Source: Bacteroidales bacterium
GTDB taxonomy: Bacteria > Bacteroidota > Bacteroidia > Bacteroidales > UBA3663
Length of the DNA stretch: 64,000 bases
Reading direction: 5' to 3'
NCBI GenBank assembly: GCA_045598885.1
Contig: JAZRVB010000071.1
Coordinates: forward strand, 39,260 to 103,259
The translations under genes and the position numbers were made by a program. Of this stretch, positions 38,319-48,770 are shown piece by piece; the stretch's first letter is position 1; every line of letters starts with the position of its first letter. The notes beneath the pieces are model-generated. The model made no database searches. It saw nothing but the letters and a program-made list of their open reading frames with translations, and was not told the DNA's origin.

Positions 38319-40309
38319 ACTATCTGAATATTAACAGCATGGAAGAAGTGCTGCGCCTAGTCGGTGACTATATACTCAACATCTTTGCGTTCGATCCGAA
38401 CTCTCCGCTCCTCTTCACCCAGTTCCGTTTCTGGGCGTTTCTTGCCGTCGTCTTCATCGGCTTTGCCATCGTGGCAGGCTCGCTCAAGAAGACCAAGGGA
38501 CCTCGTCTCTCTGGTTGGCACCGTGTGATGCGCAACGGCTATCTCTTCCTCATCTCGCTGCTTTTCTACTACAAGACGAGCGGACTCTTCGTCGGCCTGC
38601 TCATCCTGGTCACCTGCACCGACTATCTCATTGCACAGGGTATCTATCGTGTCCGATGGTCAAAAAAGTCGAAAGAGGAAGACGATCGTGAGACACGTAG
38701 CTATAAGGCTCTCATGCTGCTCTGCCTGAGCGTCGCCATCGATCTCGGCATCCTCTGCTACTTCAAGTACAGCTATTTCTTCGTCGATCTCTTCAACCAG
38801 ATGTGCGGCACGCAGTTCGAGGTTACCAACATCGCTGCCAAGCTGGCCAACCAGGCCATCGGCCGTCCGTTCTGGAGCGTTGACCGTATCGTCCTGCCAG
38901 TAGGTATCTCGTTCTATACCTTCCAGGTCATCAGCTACACGGCCGACGTATATAAAGGTATCATCAAGCCGGTGCGCAATATCTTCGACTTCGGCTTCTA
39001 TGTCAGCTTCTTCCCTCAACTCGTTGCAGGTCCTATCGTCAAGGCGTCCGACTTCATTCCTCAGCTTTATCGCCGTTACTCGCTGAGCCGCACACAGTTC
39101 GGCATCGCCATCTTCTGGATCCTCAATGGTCTCACCAAGAAGATTGTACTTTCTGACTATCTGGCCGTTAACTTCATCGACCGTGTCTTTGCCAATCCAC
39201 ATCTCTTCAGCGGATTCGAGAATCTGGCAGCGCTCTTTACCTACTCGCTCCAGGTCTATGCCGACTTCTCTGGCTATACAGACATCGCCATCGGCCTTTC
39301 GATGCTGATGGGCTTCTACCTGCCCAAGAACTTCAACTCTCCATACAAAGCAGAGAACGCGCAGAACTTCTGGAAGCGCTGGCACATCTCGCTCAGCCGC
39401 TGGCTGCAGACCTATCTCTATATCCCGCTGGGTGGCAATCGCAACATCTCGTTCGGCACCTGGTTCTGGATCGCCGTCATCACCGTGGCAGCACTCATCC
39501 TCAGCGGTTCGTGGATCGTGGCTACCGTCGTGCTCCTCATCACCTGCCTTACGCTCATCACCGCATTGCGCAAACCAGAGAAGCGTCGTCACATCTATGC
39601 CAACATGAACTCGATGATCACCATGCTGCTCGGAGGTCTCTGGCACGGTGCTTCGTGCAACTTCATGATCTGGGGTGGCCTCAATGGCGTCGGCATGGTC
39701 GTCTTCAAGTTCTGGCGCGACATGCATTCCATCAAGCGCTGCATCTTCACAGCTTATATCTTCTGCATCCTGCTCATCGTGCGCCGTTACGCCAACGAGA
39801 CGTTCGTCCCACTCTGGAACGTACTGCTCATTGCCGACTGCTTTATCCTGATCTGTATGATTATCAAGACGATGTGGCAGTTCTACTTCACACAGCAGGA
39901 TCATGAGCGCTTTACCACTTTTGCCCATGGCACACAGCGTACGTGGAACATTCTGGTGACTTTCACCTTCATCACCTTCACCCGTCTGTTCTTCCGCTCA
40001 GGTTCGAACCTCGACCCTGCCATTGCCAACGAAACCGCCTGGAACATTGCCAAATCGATGATCCATCAGATCGGAACTGCCTGGACGGTCAACCCACTGG
40101 AGGTCATCTCGGCCTACTGGATGGTCTTTGCGCTCTTTGTCCTTGGCATGACCATCCACTGGCTACCAGAGAACCTCAAGCGTCGCTATCGAATCTGCTT
40201 CGCCAAGATGCCTCTACCACTCATGATGATCGTCAGTGTCCTGATCATCTTCGTCGTCTATCAGTTCGTCACTGCCGAAATGCAGCCATTCATATACTTC
40301 CAGTTCTAA
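38315..40309 (+). CDS. MBOAT family O-acyltransferase (AlgI/PatA-like)
   Basis: LPVGISFYTFQ, FFPQLVAGPI, YADFSGYTDIAIG, NFNSPY, FWKRWHISLS, GLWHGA, PFIYFQF; start is GTG 38315 or ATG 38339. Confidence 0.95.
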   Translation: MNYLNINSMEEVLRLVGDYILNIFAFDPNSPLLFTQFRFWAFLAVVFIGFAIVAGSLKKTKGPRLSGWHRVMRNGYLFLISLLFYYKTSGLFVGLLILVTCTDYLIAQGIYRVRWSKKSKEEDDRETRSYKALMLLCLSVAIDLGILCYFKYSYFFVDLFNQMCGTQFEVTNIAAKLANQAIGRPFWSVDRIVLPVGISFYTFQVISYTADVYKGIIKPVRNIFDFGFYVSFFPQLVAGPIVKASDFIPQLYRRYSLSRTQFGIAIFWILNGLTKKIVLSDYLAVNFIDRVFANPHLFSGFENLAALFTYSLQVYADFSGYTDIAIGLSMLMGFYLPKNFNSPYKAENAQNFWKRWHISLSRWLQTYLYIPLGGNRNISFGTWFWIAVITVAALILSGSWIVATVVLLITCLTLITALRKPEKRRHIYANMNSMITMLLGGLWHGASCNFMIWGGLNGVGMVVFKFWRDMHSIKRCIFTAYIFCILLIVRRYANETFVPLWNVLLIADCFILICMIIKTMWQFYFTQQDHERFTTFAHGTQRTWNILVTFTFITFTRLFFRSGSNLDPAIANETAWNIAKSMIHQIGTAWTVNPLEVISAYWMVFALFVLGMTIHWLPENLKRRYRICFAKMPLPLMMIVSVLIIFVVYQFVTAEMQPFIYFQF

Positions 40310-40318
40310 AAAATCACA

Positions 40319-40440
40319 GCATCGTTATCACGGTACTGTGATAACGATGCCATGATCCTCGCATATCTTCCACGGTACCGTGATAACGATGCCATGATTC
40401 TCGCATATCTTCCACGGTACCGTGACAGATATGCGAGATT
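40319..40440. repeat. BIME/REP-like mosaic: 42-bp tandem units built on the palindrome CACGGTACCGTG
   Basis: Units start at 40329, 40371 and 40413 (last one partial); 32-bp near-perfect palindrome at 40319-40350; hairpin tctcgcatatct/agatatgcgaga at 40399-40438. Confidence 0.85.
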
Positions 40441-40455
40441 GCATTATCGGACATT

Positions 40456-40507
40456 ATGAACTCGCGGCGTCCATTCCTTCATGCAGGAACGGACGCCGCG
40501 AGTTCAT
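40456..40507. terminator. GC-rich hairpin with a 17-bp perfect stem (REP-like or terminator) between convergent genes
   Basis: atgaactcgcggcgtcc ... ggacgccgcgagttcat. Confidence 0.75.
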
Positions 40508-40515
40508 GCGGGCAC

Positions 40516-43500
40516 TTACGAGTTGAGCTCATAGATGGTCACACATCCATCACGCTTTTTCTTACTCTCGCGTAGTGCTGTGTCTGCAAGTTCATAGAGA
40601 TCATCAAAGGTCGGGTGCTCTGCGCCATTGCAGAAGACTACTCCACAGCTCATGGTCGGAGCTATATTCTCTAGTTCTTTGATCCGAATCTTGGCGAGCT
40701 GCGTCGAGAAACGCTTAAAGAGCTGGCTGACACCATCGTAAGAATAGACAAGACGATGTGCGACTTCCCCATTGGCATGGACAACGAACTCATCGCCTCC
40801 CAGACGCATGATGCGGAAGCCAGAGAAGACGCTACGCATGATACCTGCCTGCGAGCGAAGCACTTCATCACCAACAAGATGACTCAGATAGTCATTGATG
40901 CGCTTGAAATGATCGCAGTCGAGGATGGCAAAAACCTGCATACCTCCCTTCTCTACCTCCTCGCAGATGGTCTTTTCTCCATAGATACGGTTCATCACAC
41001 CCGTCAGGCCATCGGTCTGTGCCAGCTCGGTCAGCGCTTCCTTCTCACGATGTGCCACCTCTGCACTCTCGGCTGCAAAGATAATGTGAGTGACGTTACC
41101 CTGACGATCATAGTTTACGGGTATAATGCGAGCAACGAGCCAGCCAGAAAGACGGGATTTATATTCGAGTGAGATGAATGGCTGTTCTTTCAGGCTCTCA
41201 CTGATCTTTTGGGGATCAATGAACTCCAGGAATGCATCATAGAACTCCGGATCGACCAGATTGTCAAGCGTATAACGGATAAAATCCTTTGTCGACGAAA
41301 GGTTGCCTGCCTGGTTCATCACCGTAGAAGAAGCCTTGATCAGTTCGACCTGAGTAAGTTCGATATTTGAATAGACAACAATCTCGAATACCTTGCCAAG
41401 CGCCTGTGTGATCTTACTATAATTATTCTGACGGTCGATGGTGCGGAGCAGCCTTTCCTTGGTCGTATTGATATCCTCCAGGTGGCCGACCACACTCTTC
41501 ACCTTGCCATTGACATCAGATACTACTGTATAATTTGCCAGGAGACATCTTGACTTATCGACATATTCAATGGTGGCCTGCCCCTCTTTCGGATAATCAG
41601 GATCTTCAATGACGCGATGGATGATCTCCATCGCCTTCACATGTCCCTCATTTGAGAGATATTCCAGCTGAGGAGACATAGAATAGTTGTAAACCACTGA
41701 ATACTTGAACTTTCCGTCTGAACCGCATAAGAGATAGTATATACAATCCTGCGCTACGTTATAGAAGAACATCAGCGAGTTAAGGCGCATGACGGTAAGC
41801 CTATTCTGATGCATCATGCCCATAAGGAGAATTTCAAGCGTATCTTGATCCATCTGCTTGACAAATTCTGGCATCACCAGGCCCTCTTTCTGCGTAATGA
41901 GCGACTGGACATCATAATGCTGCTTTGAATGCGCGTAGATATCTGGCAATGAACCTTCTGCGTGGATGGCATGTTCGCTCTTGCCCAACACAACGCTCTG
42001 GAAGATGGACTTATAGAGGGTCTCCCAACGGATATCGACCATGGAACGGATCTGCAGGTAGGTTTCGCTATTGCCGACAATAGTATGAATGACATCCTGA
42101 CTGTAACGTGAACCTGACTCAGTGATCAGTTCGTCCATAATCTGCAGGAATGTCTTGGCACGCCGGTAGTTACGGCCTACGCGACTGGTGGCAGCTTCAA
42201 TAGAATCGCAGATACTGAGGATATCGGTCAGGATCTTGAGCTTATAGTTGTGCTCATTGACTGGGATGAATGGATAACCATTGTCCTCATTGTACCAGCG
42301 GTGATGGTGATAGATAACCGGTATGAAGAGTGAGAATGCCGAATCGGTGGACAGGATCTGCTTGCCGAAGTCTGAATGCTTCTTGATGAGCGCAAACTCC
42401 TTGTCTGAAAGGCGACGGAAGGCGTTGCTGGCAATAGGGATGAGTGAAAGCTTGCCAATGTCATGCAGGCGACACACATAATCCATGAACTGCAGCAAGG
42501 GTTCACGGTTGGCATGCACTTCTTCCTCGGTCTCATAGATGCGGCCAGGACCTGCAAGCAACTGCGGATAATGGTCGATGATATTGGTCAGCACCACTTG
42601 AGCATAGTTGGAGACTGCCCGACAATGGCTATAGGTATCAAGCGAGATAGCTGCCAGAATCTGCTCCAAGTAGTAGAACTTGTCGAGCGCTGACAGGATA
42701 GGCGAACTCATCATGGACGAGATCATGACACTGACCAGAAGAAGCAGCTGATGATCTGAAGCCAGCGACTCTCGGCAGCGAAGGATGTCGAGCAGGAAAT
42801 CAAGGCCTCGACGACTGACTCGCAGCTTTTCCTCAAGAGGCAGATTGACCTTGAGAAGAACTTTCGAACAAGCCAGGAAGAGATAAGAAATGACAATGAG
42901 GTTCGACTCGCTGAGATGAGAATACTCACTCTGTCGGACACCTCGGAGTCCTGCCCTCAGATCCTGGAACAACTCGTCATTGGTGCGATCCACCAGGATC
43001 ATCTTCTGCAGATAGATGGTTATACCGCTCATCTGCGGGTCATTGACCACCATATCATAGCAGCCATCGATCTGATGCTGACGGATATATTCGATGCGGC
43101 GGCTCATCTCTTCCTGTTCATCCTTGCTAAGGCTGGCCTTCATCTTGAGGAAGCTGACACGGTAGACAGGATAGAGGAAAGCGTTACGCGAAATGGTTTC
43201 GAAGAAACGATAGACTTTCTGATTAGGAATAACGAACGGATCAGAGCCAGTAGTCAGTTCTCGGAGTATCTCATAACAACGGTCGCACTCTTCGAGCTCA
43301 AAGAGCTCCATACTGATGCTCTCATAATGGCCAACCATCTCGCAGAGAGCGAAATAGCAGGGTTCGAAGCGGATGCTGTCATGCGGGAAGTCCTTACAAA
43401 GATAATAGGCTTGCTTCAGACAATCAATGATACGGACGCTCTGAGTGTCGTCGCCCATACGCTTGACAGAGATCAGGCTGTGTGCAAGAAGAAGATAGAG

Positions 43501-44364
43501 ATGACCTAAGTAGGAACGGACGTGCGGATCGGAATGATCGCAACTCTCGTAGTAAGGCAGCAGGATATTCTCAATGAGGCTGCACCGCAAGAAAGCGTCG
43601 AGAGAATCGGCATCGGCGAAGACTTCCAGAAAGAGCAGTTCGTACTCTGAGTCAGGCAGATTCGGATTACGGAAATAACTATAAATATCCTCAAGCTGAG
43701 ACTGGTTACGATGGAACATCTGTTCCTTGCGCAAAGCTCCGTCCTGCAGGTTGGTCAGCCAAGACTTCTCATTGAGAGAATCGAACAGATGGTTATTGAT
43801 CTCATTATAGAGCTTACGGTCCTCTCGAAGGATCTGGAAAGCGCCTTCGATATCAGGAATCATTCCGTTGCGGGAACTGAGGAAGTTACCTTCATGCTGC
43901 TTGGAAATACGGTGCATCTCATGAGCCTCACGGATCACGAGATCAGGTTCGGTATGATGTGCAGGATCGACAAAAACAGCAGCAATGGAAAAAGAGAAAC
44001 GATGACCCTCAAGGCCGTCTACGTGTATTTCATGCAGATTTTTGAAAAGGGTACGCGTGAACCTGTTCATATCCGCACGAGTATATCGGCTGGCATCGAT
44101 TATAACCGAGAATTCATCAGCCGACAATCGGCCGATGATCATTCCTGGATAAGTCTTGGTCAGCGCCTGAGCGATGGCGATCAGCGCAACATCACCCTTT
44201 TCGTTGCCATATTGTTCATTAATGACCTTGAAACTATCGACATCCAGATAGACGAGCACTCGGTTCTCTCCAGAGTCGATCACATCCTGTAATACCATAC
44301 TGATCTTCCACCGGCTATAGAGACCGGTGAGCGAGTCGTATTCGATAGAGGTCTTTTTGTTCAT
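40516..44364 (-). CDS. Multidomain c-di-GMP enzyme: degenerate GGDEF - helical region - HD-GYP - PAS-like - GGDEF
   Basis: N-terminal DSLTGL...DVDSFKVINEQYG...RLSADEF; central TYSHC...LHDIGK...KKH...HHRWY...GYP...CDSIEA; C-terminal DGLTGVMNR...DCDHFKRIND...RLGGDEF; no TM helix seen. Confidence 0.88.
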   Translation of the reverse strand: MNKKTSIEYDSLTGLYSRWKISMVLQDVIDSGENRVLVYLDVDSFKVINEQYGNEKGDVALIAIAQALTKTYPGMIIGRLSADEFSVIIDASRYTRADMNRFTRTLFKNLHEIHVDGLEGHRFSFSIAAVFVDPAHHTEPDLVIREAHEMHRISKQHEGNFLSSRNGMIPDIEGAFQILREDRKLYNEINNHLFDSLNEKSWLTNLQDGALRKEQMFHRNQSQLEDIYSYFRNPNLPDSEYELLFLEVFADADSLDAFLRCSLIENILLPYYESCDHSDPHVRSYLGHLYLLLAHSLISVKRMGDDTQSVRIIDCLKQAYYLCKDFPHDSIRFEPCYFALCEMVGHYESISMELFELEECDRCYEILRELTTGSDPFVIPNQKVYRFFETISRNAFLYPVYRVSFLKMKASLSKDEQEEMSRRIEYIRQHQIDGCYDMVVNDPQMSGITIYLQKMILVDRTNDELFQDLRAGLRGVRQSEYSHLSESNLIVISYLFLACSKVLLKVNLPLEEKLRVSRRGLDFLLDILRCRESLASDHQLLLLVSVMISSMMSSPILSALDKFYYLEQILAAISLDTYSHCRAVSNYAQVVLTNIIDHYPQLLAGPGRIYETEEEVHANREPLLQFMDYVCRLHDIGKLSLIPIASNAFRRLSDKEFALIKKHSDFGKQILSTDSAFSLFIPVIYHHHRWYNEDNGYPFIPVNEHNYKLKILTDILSICDSIEAATSRVGRNYRRAKTFLQIMDELITESGSRYSQDVIHTIVGNSETYLQIRSMVDIRWETLYKSIFQSVVLGKSEHAIHAEGSLPDIYAHSKQHYDVQSLITQKEGLVMPEFVKQMDQDTLEILLMGMMHQNRLTVMRLNSLMFFYNVAQDCIYYLLCGSDGKFKYSVVYNYSMSPQLEYLSNEGHVKAMEIIHRVIEDPDYPKEGQATIEYVDKSRCLLANYTVVSDVNGKVKSVVGHLEDINTTKERLLRTIDRQNNYSKITQALGKVFEIVVYSNIELTQVELIKASSTVMNQAGNLSSTKDFIRYTLDNLVDPEFYDAFLEFIDPQKISESLKEQPFISLEYKSRLSGWLVARIIPVNYDRQGNVTHIIFAAESAEVAHREKEALTELAQTDGLTGVMNRIYGEKTICEEVEKGGMQVFAILDCDHFKRINDYLSHLVGDEVLRSQAGIMRSVFSGFRIMRLGGDEFVVHANGEVAHRLVYSYDGVSQLFKRFSTQLAKIRIKELENIAPTMSCGVVFCNGAEHPTFDDLYELADTALRESKKKRDGCVTIYELNS

Positions 44365-44414
44365 GGTAAATAAGAATAGAGGGGTTAAGCTGATAAGAGG
44401 AAGAACCTAAGCAA

Positions 44415-45083
44415 TTACTGGTTCATCGTCTTGTAGAGACCCTCAAGCTGAGAGAGATTTGCCTTCATGACCGAACCGCGGACGGTTTCGCAGATATTGT
44501 GCTTCTCGACCATGATGAAGTAACGCTTAGAGGCTTTAGGGGTTCCATCCGGATTGCGTGGCAGACGGATTGACTCTTCATAAAGTGCAGTCTCAAGGTC
44601 TGCAACATGCTGGTCATCGTCCCAGGTAAGTGACTTACGATAATATTTGGCAGAGGTCTCGTCGATAAAATCCTGAACAGCCTTCTTTACCGAACTGCGG
44701 TAAGGCATGACATACTGGTGTGGAAAACCCGTAATCTGAAGTGTACATTGTGGCTTGCGAACCTTGACGCAGTAACCCTCTTCGGTGAGGTCGATGATAT
44801 AGACGCCAGACACGTCGCACTGGGTATACTTTGAGAATGGCTCGCCCTTGGTCTCCCAGTTGATGGTCACGCGACCATCGAGGTCATTCTTCTGGATGGT
44901 ATACTGGGATGGCTTGAAGCTGATGCTTGCCCATTCCTCGATGAGCGCCAGCTTCTGCTCCTTGGTCTTACCACACTTCTCAGAAAGCTCGTATTCGCCA
45001 TTAGGCATTTTCTTATAATAATTCTGCGCGAAAGCAGAAACAGTCATCAAGACAAGACACAACGAAAGAATAAATTTCTTCAT
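44415..45083 (-). CDS. Secreted hypothetical protein (DUF4468-like)
   Basis: Signal peptide ending AFA-Q; GKTKEQ...EW...F pattern recalls DUF4468. Confidence 0.6.
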   Translation of the reverse strand: MKKFILSLCLVLMTVSAFAQNYYKKMPNGEYELSEKCGKTKEQKLALIEEWASISFKPSQYTIQKNDLDGRVTINWETKGEPFSKYTQCDVSGVYIIDLTEEGYCVKVRKPQCTLQITGFPHQYVMPYRSSVKKAVQDFIDETSAKYYRKSLTWDDDQHVADLETALYEESIRLPRNPDGTPKASKRYFIMVEKHNICETVRGSVMKANLSQLEGLYKTMNQ

Positions 45084-45203
45084 TTTCTCTTAAATTATAA
45101 AGTTAAGACAAACAATTACAATAATAAAATGTGAGGTTGCAAATCGCAAATTCGGGGCAAAGATACATTATTTTATTATATAAAACAAGTAATAGGACAT
45201 TTT

Positions 45204-45235
45204 TTTGGACTTTCGGAGAAAAATATCTATATTTG
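45204..45235 (+). promoter_or_regulatory. Bacteroidetes sigmaA promoter for metG
   Basis: TTTG (45204-45207), 20-nt spacer, TATATTTG (45228-45235); a divergent TATCTTTG box lies at 45158-45165 on the minus strand. Confidence 0.75.
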
Positions 45236-45302
45236 CGCCCGTTTTTAATCTATTACACCGCCCTCATTAGGCGGCTATTGTCAAACCCATAAAAATATAT
45301 CT

Positions 45303-47393
45303 ATGGCAGAACAGAAAGAATTCAAGCGTACGCTCGTGACCGCTGCGCTCCCTTATGCCAACGGTCCAGTTCATATTGGCCACCTCGCTGGTGTCTATGT
45401 ACCAGCTGACATCTATGTACGTTACCTTCGTCTCAAGAATCGTCCTGTACTTTTCGTAGGCGGTTCTGACGAGCATGGCGTACCTGTCACCATCCGTGCC
45501 CGTAAGGAAGGTATCACCGTGCAGGATGTGGTCGATCGCTATCATTATCTCATCAAGGATTCGTTCGAGAAGTTCGGTATTTCATTCGATATCTATTCTC
45601 GTACCACCAGCGACATCCATCACAAGTTTGCATCGGACTTCTTCCGTAAGCTCTATGACGAGGGTAAGTTCATTGAGCAGACGACGGAGCAGTTCTATGA
45701 CGAAGAGACCAAGGAGTTCCTCACCGACCGTAACATCCGCGGTGAGTGTCCTCGCTGTCACGCTCTCGGAGCATACGGAGATCAGTGTGAGAAGTGTGGC
45801 GCAACCCTCTCTCCTGAGGAGCTCATCAATCCATACAACGCTGTCAACGGCAATCCATTGGTTAAGAAAGCTACCTCTCACTGGTACCTCCCACTCGACC
45901 AGCATCAGGAGTGGCTTGAGAAGTGGATCCTCCAGGATCATCCTGAGTGGCGTCCTAACGTCTATGGCCAGTGCAAGTCTTGGCTCGACGGTGGTCTCAA
46001 GCCTCGTGCTGTGACCCGTGACCTTGACTGGGGCATCCCTGTACCTGTAGAAGGCGCAGAGGGCAAGGTGCTCTATGTCTGGTTCGACGCTCCTATCGGT
46101 TATATCTCTAATACTAAGGAGCTCTGTGACGCTAAGCCTGAGCAGTGGGGTACCTGGCAGGAGTGGTGGCAGAATCCTGAGAGCCGCATGATTCACTTCA
46201 TCGGTAAGGACAATATCGTCTTCCACTGCATTGTCTTCCCAGCAATGTTGAAGGCTCACGGTGACTATATTCTTCCTGACAACGTGCCATCGAACGAGTT
46301 CTTGAACCTCGAAGGCGATAAGATCTCTACCTCACGCAACTGGGCAATCTGGCTCAATGAGTATCTCGTAGATATGCCTGGCAAGCAGGATGTATTGCGA
46401 TATGTATTGACTGCCAATGCTCCTGAGACTAAGGATAATGACTTTACTTGGAAGGACTATCAGGCTCGCAACAACAACGAGCTCGTAGCTATCTTCGGCA
46501 ACTTCATCAACCGTGCGATGAAGCTCACTGAGAAGTACTTTGACGGTAAAGTTCCTGCTTGTGGTGAGCTCAATGACTACGACAAGGAGACCTTGGCTGA
46601 GTTCCAGAACGTCAAGAAGAATGTCGAGGATCTCCTCGAGACCTTCAAGTTCCGTGACGCTCAGAAGGAGGCTATGGAGCTCGCTCGCATCGGTAATAAG
46701 TATCTGGCTGACACTGAGCCTTGGAAGGTCTTTAAGACCGATCCTGCTCGTGTGCAGACCATCCTCAATCTCTGTTTGCAGATCGCTGCCAACCTCGCAA
46801 TCGCCTTCGAGCCATTCCTGCCATTCTCAGCAGAGAAGCTCCGTGGCATGCTCGGCATGGGTGAGTGCGAATGGGAGAAGCTCGGTCGCATCGACCTTCT
46901 CGAGGAAGGCCATCAGCTCGGTGAGTCTGTACTCCTCTTCGAGAAGCTTGAAGATGCAGACATCCAGCCACAGCTCGACCGTCTGGCTCGCATCAAAGAG
47001 GAGAACGAGAAGATCGCTCTCGCAGAAGCAGAGAAGAACTGGCGTCCTGAGCCTATCGCAGAGACCGTTCCTTACGAGGACTTTGCTAAGCTCGACATCC
47101 GCACCGCTACCGTCCTGGAGGTAAAGCCTGTCAAGAAGAGCGACAAGCTGCTGCAGTTTACCCTCGACGATGGCACCGATCAGCCTCGCACGATCCTCTC
47201 TGGTATTGCACAGCACTATCCTGATCCACAGGTTCTCGTTGGCAAGCAGGTTCTCTTTGTGGCAAACTTCGCTCCAAAGGTAATGCGAAACATCCCTTCT
47301 TGCGGCATGATCCTCTCGGCTGTCAACTTCGACGGTTCGCTGCATGTAGTATGCAATGAAGATAAGGTAAAGAACGGCAGCAAGGTTTGCTAA
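45303..47393 (+). CDS. metG: Methionine--tRNA ligase
   Basis: [13 protein letters not shown], zinc knuckle [24 protein letters not shown]-terminal tRNA-binding domain. Confidence 0.99.
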   Translation: MAEQKEFKRTLVTAALPYANGPVHIGHLAGVYVPADIYVRYLRLKNRPVLFVGGSDEHGVPVTIRARKEGITVQDVVDRYHYLIKDSFEKFGISFDIYSRTTSDIHHKFASDFFRKLYDEGKFIEQTTEQFYDEETKEFLTDRNIRGECPRCHALGAYGDQCEKCGATLSPEELINPYNAVNGNPLVKKATSHWYLPLDQHQEWLEKWILQDHPEWRPNVYGQCKSWLDGGLKPRAVTRDLDWGIPVPVEGAEGKVLYVWFDAPIGYISNTKELCDAKPEQWGTWQEWWQNPESRMIHFIGKDNIVFHCIVFPAMLKAHGDYILPDNVPSNEFLNLEGDKISTSRNWAIWLNEYLVDMPGKQDVLRYVLTANAPETKDNDFTWKDYQARNNNELVAIFGNFINRAMKLTEKYFDGKVPACGELNDYDKETLAEFQNVKKNVEDLLETFKFRDAQKEAMELARIGNKYLADTEPWKVFKTDPARVQTILNLCLQIAANLAIAFEPFLPFSAEKLRGMLGMGECEWEKLGRIDLLEEGHQLGESVLLFEKLEDADIQPQLDRLARIKEENEKIALAEAEKNWRPEPIAETVPYEDFAKLDIRTATVLEVKPVKKSDKLLQFTLDDGTDQPRTILSGIAQHYPDPQVLVGKQVLFVANFAPKVMRNIPSCGMILSAVNFDGSLHVVCNEDKVKNGSKVC

Positions 47394-47399
47394 AATAGA

Positions 47400-47562
47400 A
47401 GACCCTCCCACGGCCCCTCAACAAGTGAGGGGAGTGATTAGTGATGCTATTCAAAATAAATATTTGATATAGTTAAATTCTGAATATTGAAAGATGTCAA
47501 ACAATATCGATAAAGAAAAACTACCTACTCCCCTCCCTTGCGGAGGGGCCGGGGGAGGGTCT
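47400..47562. mobile_element. MITE/REP-doublet-like element with 36-bp inverted ends
   Basis: agaccctcccacggcccctcaacaagtgaggggagt (47400-47435) is a near reverse complement of actcccctcccttgcggaggggccgggggagggtct (47527-47562); the core between them is AT-rich. Confidence 0.7.
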
Positions 47563-48099
47563 GATTTATTCTTCACCTTTCTAAAAATAGGTGGCTTCAC
47601 CCTCGGCGGTGGACCTGCCATGGTTCCTATGATGGAACAGGAGGTGGTCAATAAGAACCATTGGCTGACCAAGGAAGAATTTCTGGACATTCTGGCTGTA
47701 TCTCAAGCCACTCCAGGTATCTTCGCTGTCGATATGGCTTCGCACATCGGCTATAAGCTCGGAGGCATACGCAAAGGAATCGCTGCCGCATTAGGTGTCG
47801 TCACCCCTTCGCTCATCATCATCCTCGGCATCGCCATCGTCTTCTCACGCTTCAGAGATAATTATATTGTCGAGTGTGTATTCAAAGGCATCCGACCTGC
47901 AGTGGTAGCGCTCCTTGCCGTCCCTGTCTTCTCGATGGCCAAGTCGGCAAAAATCACTTGGAGCAACTGCTGGATTCCTATATTAAGTACCATCTTGATC
48001 TGGCTTTGTGGCATCTCCCCTGCCATCATTGTTCTGATTGCGGGATTGAGCGGATATTTCTGGGGAATGTACCTGAAGAATAAAGAAAAAGGACAATGA
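47494..48099 (+). CDS. Chromate transporter family protein (short-chain CHR, subunit 1)
   Basis: FLKIGGFTLGGG, SQATPG, FKGIRPAVV. Confidence 0.9.
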   Translation: MSNNIDKEKLPTPLPCGGAGGGSDLFFTFLKIGGFTLGGGPAMVPMMEQEVVNKNHWLTKEEFLDILAVSQATPGIFAVDMASHIGYKLGGIRKGIAAALGVVTPSLIIILGIAIVFSRFRDNYIVECVFKGIRPAVVALLAVPVFSMAKSAKITWSNCWIPILSTILIWLCGISPAIIVLIAGLSGYFWGMYLKNKEKGQ

Positions 48100-48770
48100 T
48101 TTTTCTGAAACTATTCTACATATTCTCCTACATCGGCCTGTTTAACTTCGGCGGTGGCTATGCGATGCTTTCGTTCATTCAGCAGGAAGTGGTTGTCAAA
48201 GCAGGTTGGCTGAGCCAGTCAGAGTTTACGGACATTGTGGCCATCAGTCAGATGACGCCTGGCCCTATCGGCATCAACTGTGCTACATACGTAGGTTATA
48301 CTTCGGTGATCAATGATCCTTGGGTACAGTCGCTCAATGTCGATTATCTGCCACATATCCTGGGAATCTTTGGTTCTATTCTGGCAACCTTCTCGATTGT
48401 CTGGCTACCATTCGTTGTCATGATCCTTGTCTCAAAGCTTATCCTGAAATACAAGGATTCGATCGTTACCAAGAGTATCTTCAAGGTTATCCGACCAGCC
48501 ATCATCGGCTTATTGGCCTCTGCGGCATTGAGCCTGATGAATGAATCCAACTTCGGATCTGTTCACAACATCGATCAGCCATGGTTCGGAAGTGACGGAA
48601 GTGCATTGTGGAGCGTACCGAGCGTGCATGCTATGTTGCAGTTCGGCCTCAGCGTACTGATCTTCCTGACGGTATTTATCGGCACACGCAAATATAAGTG
48701 GAATCTCATCTACACCACAATCTGCTGCGGTGTGATCGGTTATCTTGCCTATGGTGTCATCGGCATCTAA
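48096..48770 (+). CDS. Chromate transporter family protein (short-chain CHR, subunit 2)
   Basis: IGLFNFGGGYAML, SQMTPGPIGINCATYVG; ATGA overlap with its partner. Confidence 0.92.
   Translation: MIFLKLFYIFSYIGLFNFGGGYAMLSFIQQEVVVKAGWLSQSEFTDIVAISQMTPGPIGINCATYVGYTSVINDPWVQSLNVDYLPHILGIFGSILATFSIVWLPFVVMILVSKLILKYKDSIVTKSIFKVIRPAIIGLLASAALSLMNESNFGSVHNIDQPWFGSDGSALWSVPSVHAMLQFGLSVLIFLTVFIGTRKYKWNLIYTTICCGVIGYLAYGVIGI

Noticed and set aside
38660-39928. 422-aa antisense ORF opposite the MBOAT gene (and similar ORFs at 8565-9272, 7090-7719, 45582-46259, 11781-12695)
   Set aside because: They overlap well-supported genes, show no recognisable motifs, and are expected from the strong C-ending codon bias.
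40329-40440. 42-bp periodic repeats as a CRISPR array
   Set aside because: The intervening sequences are near-identical rather than unique spacers, there are fewer than three full units, and no cas genes are present.
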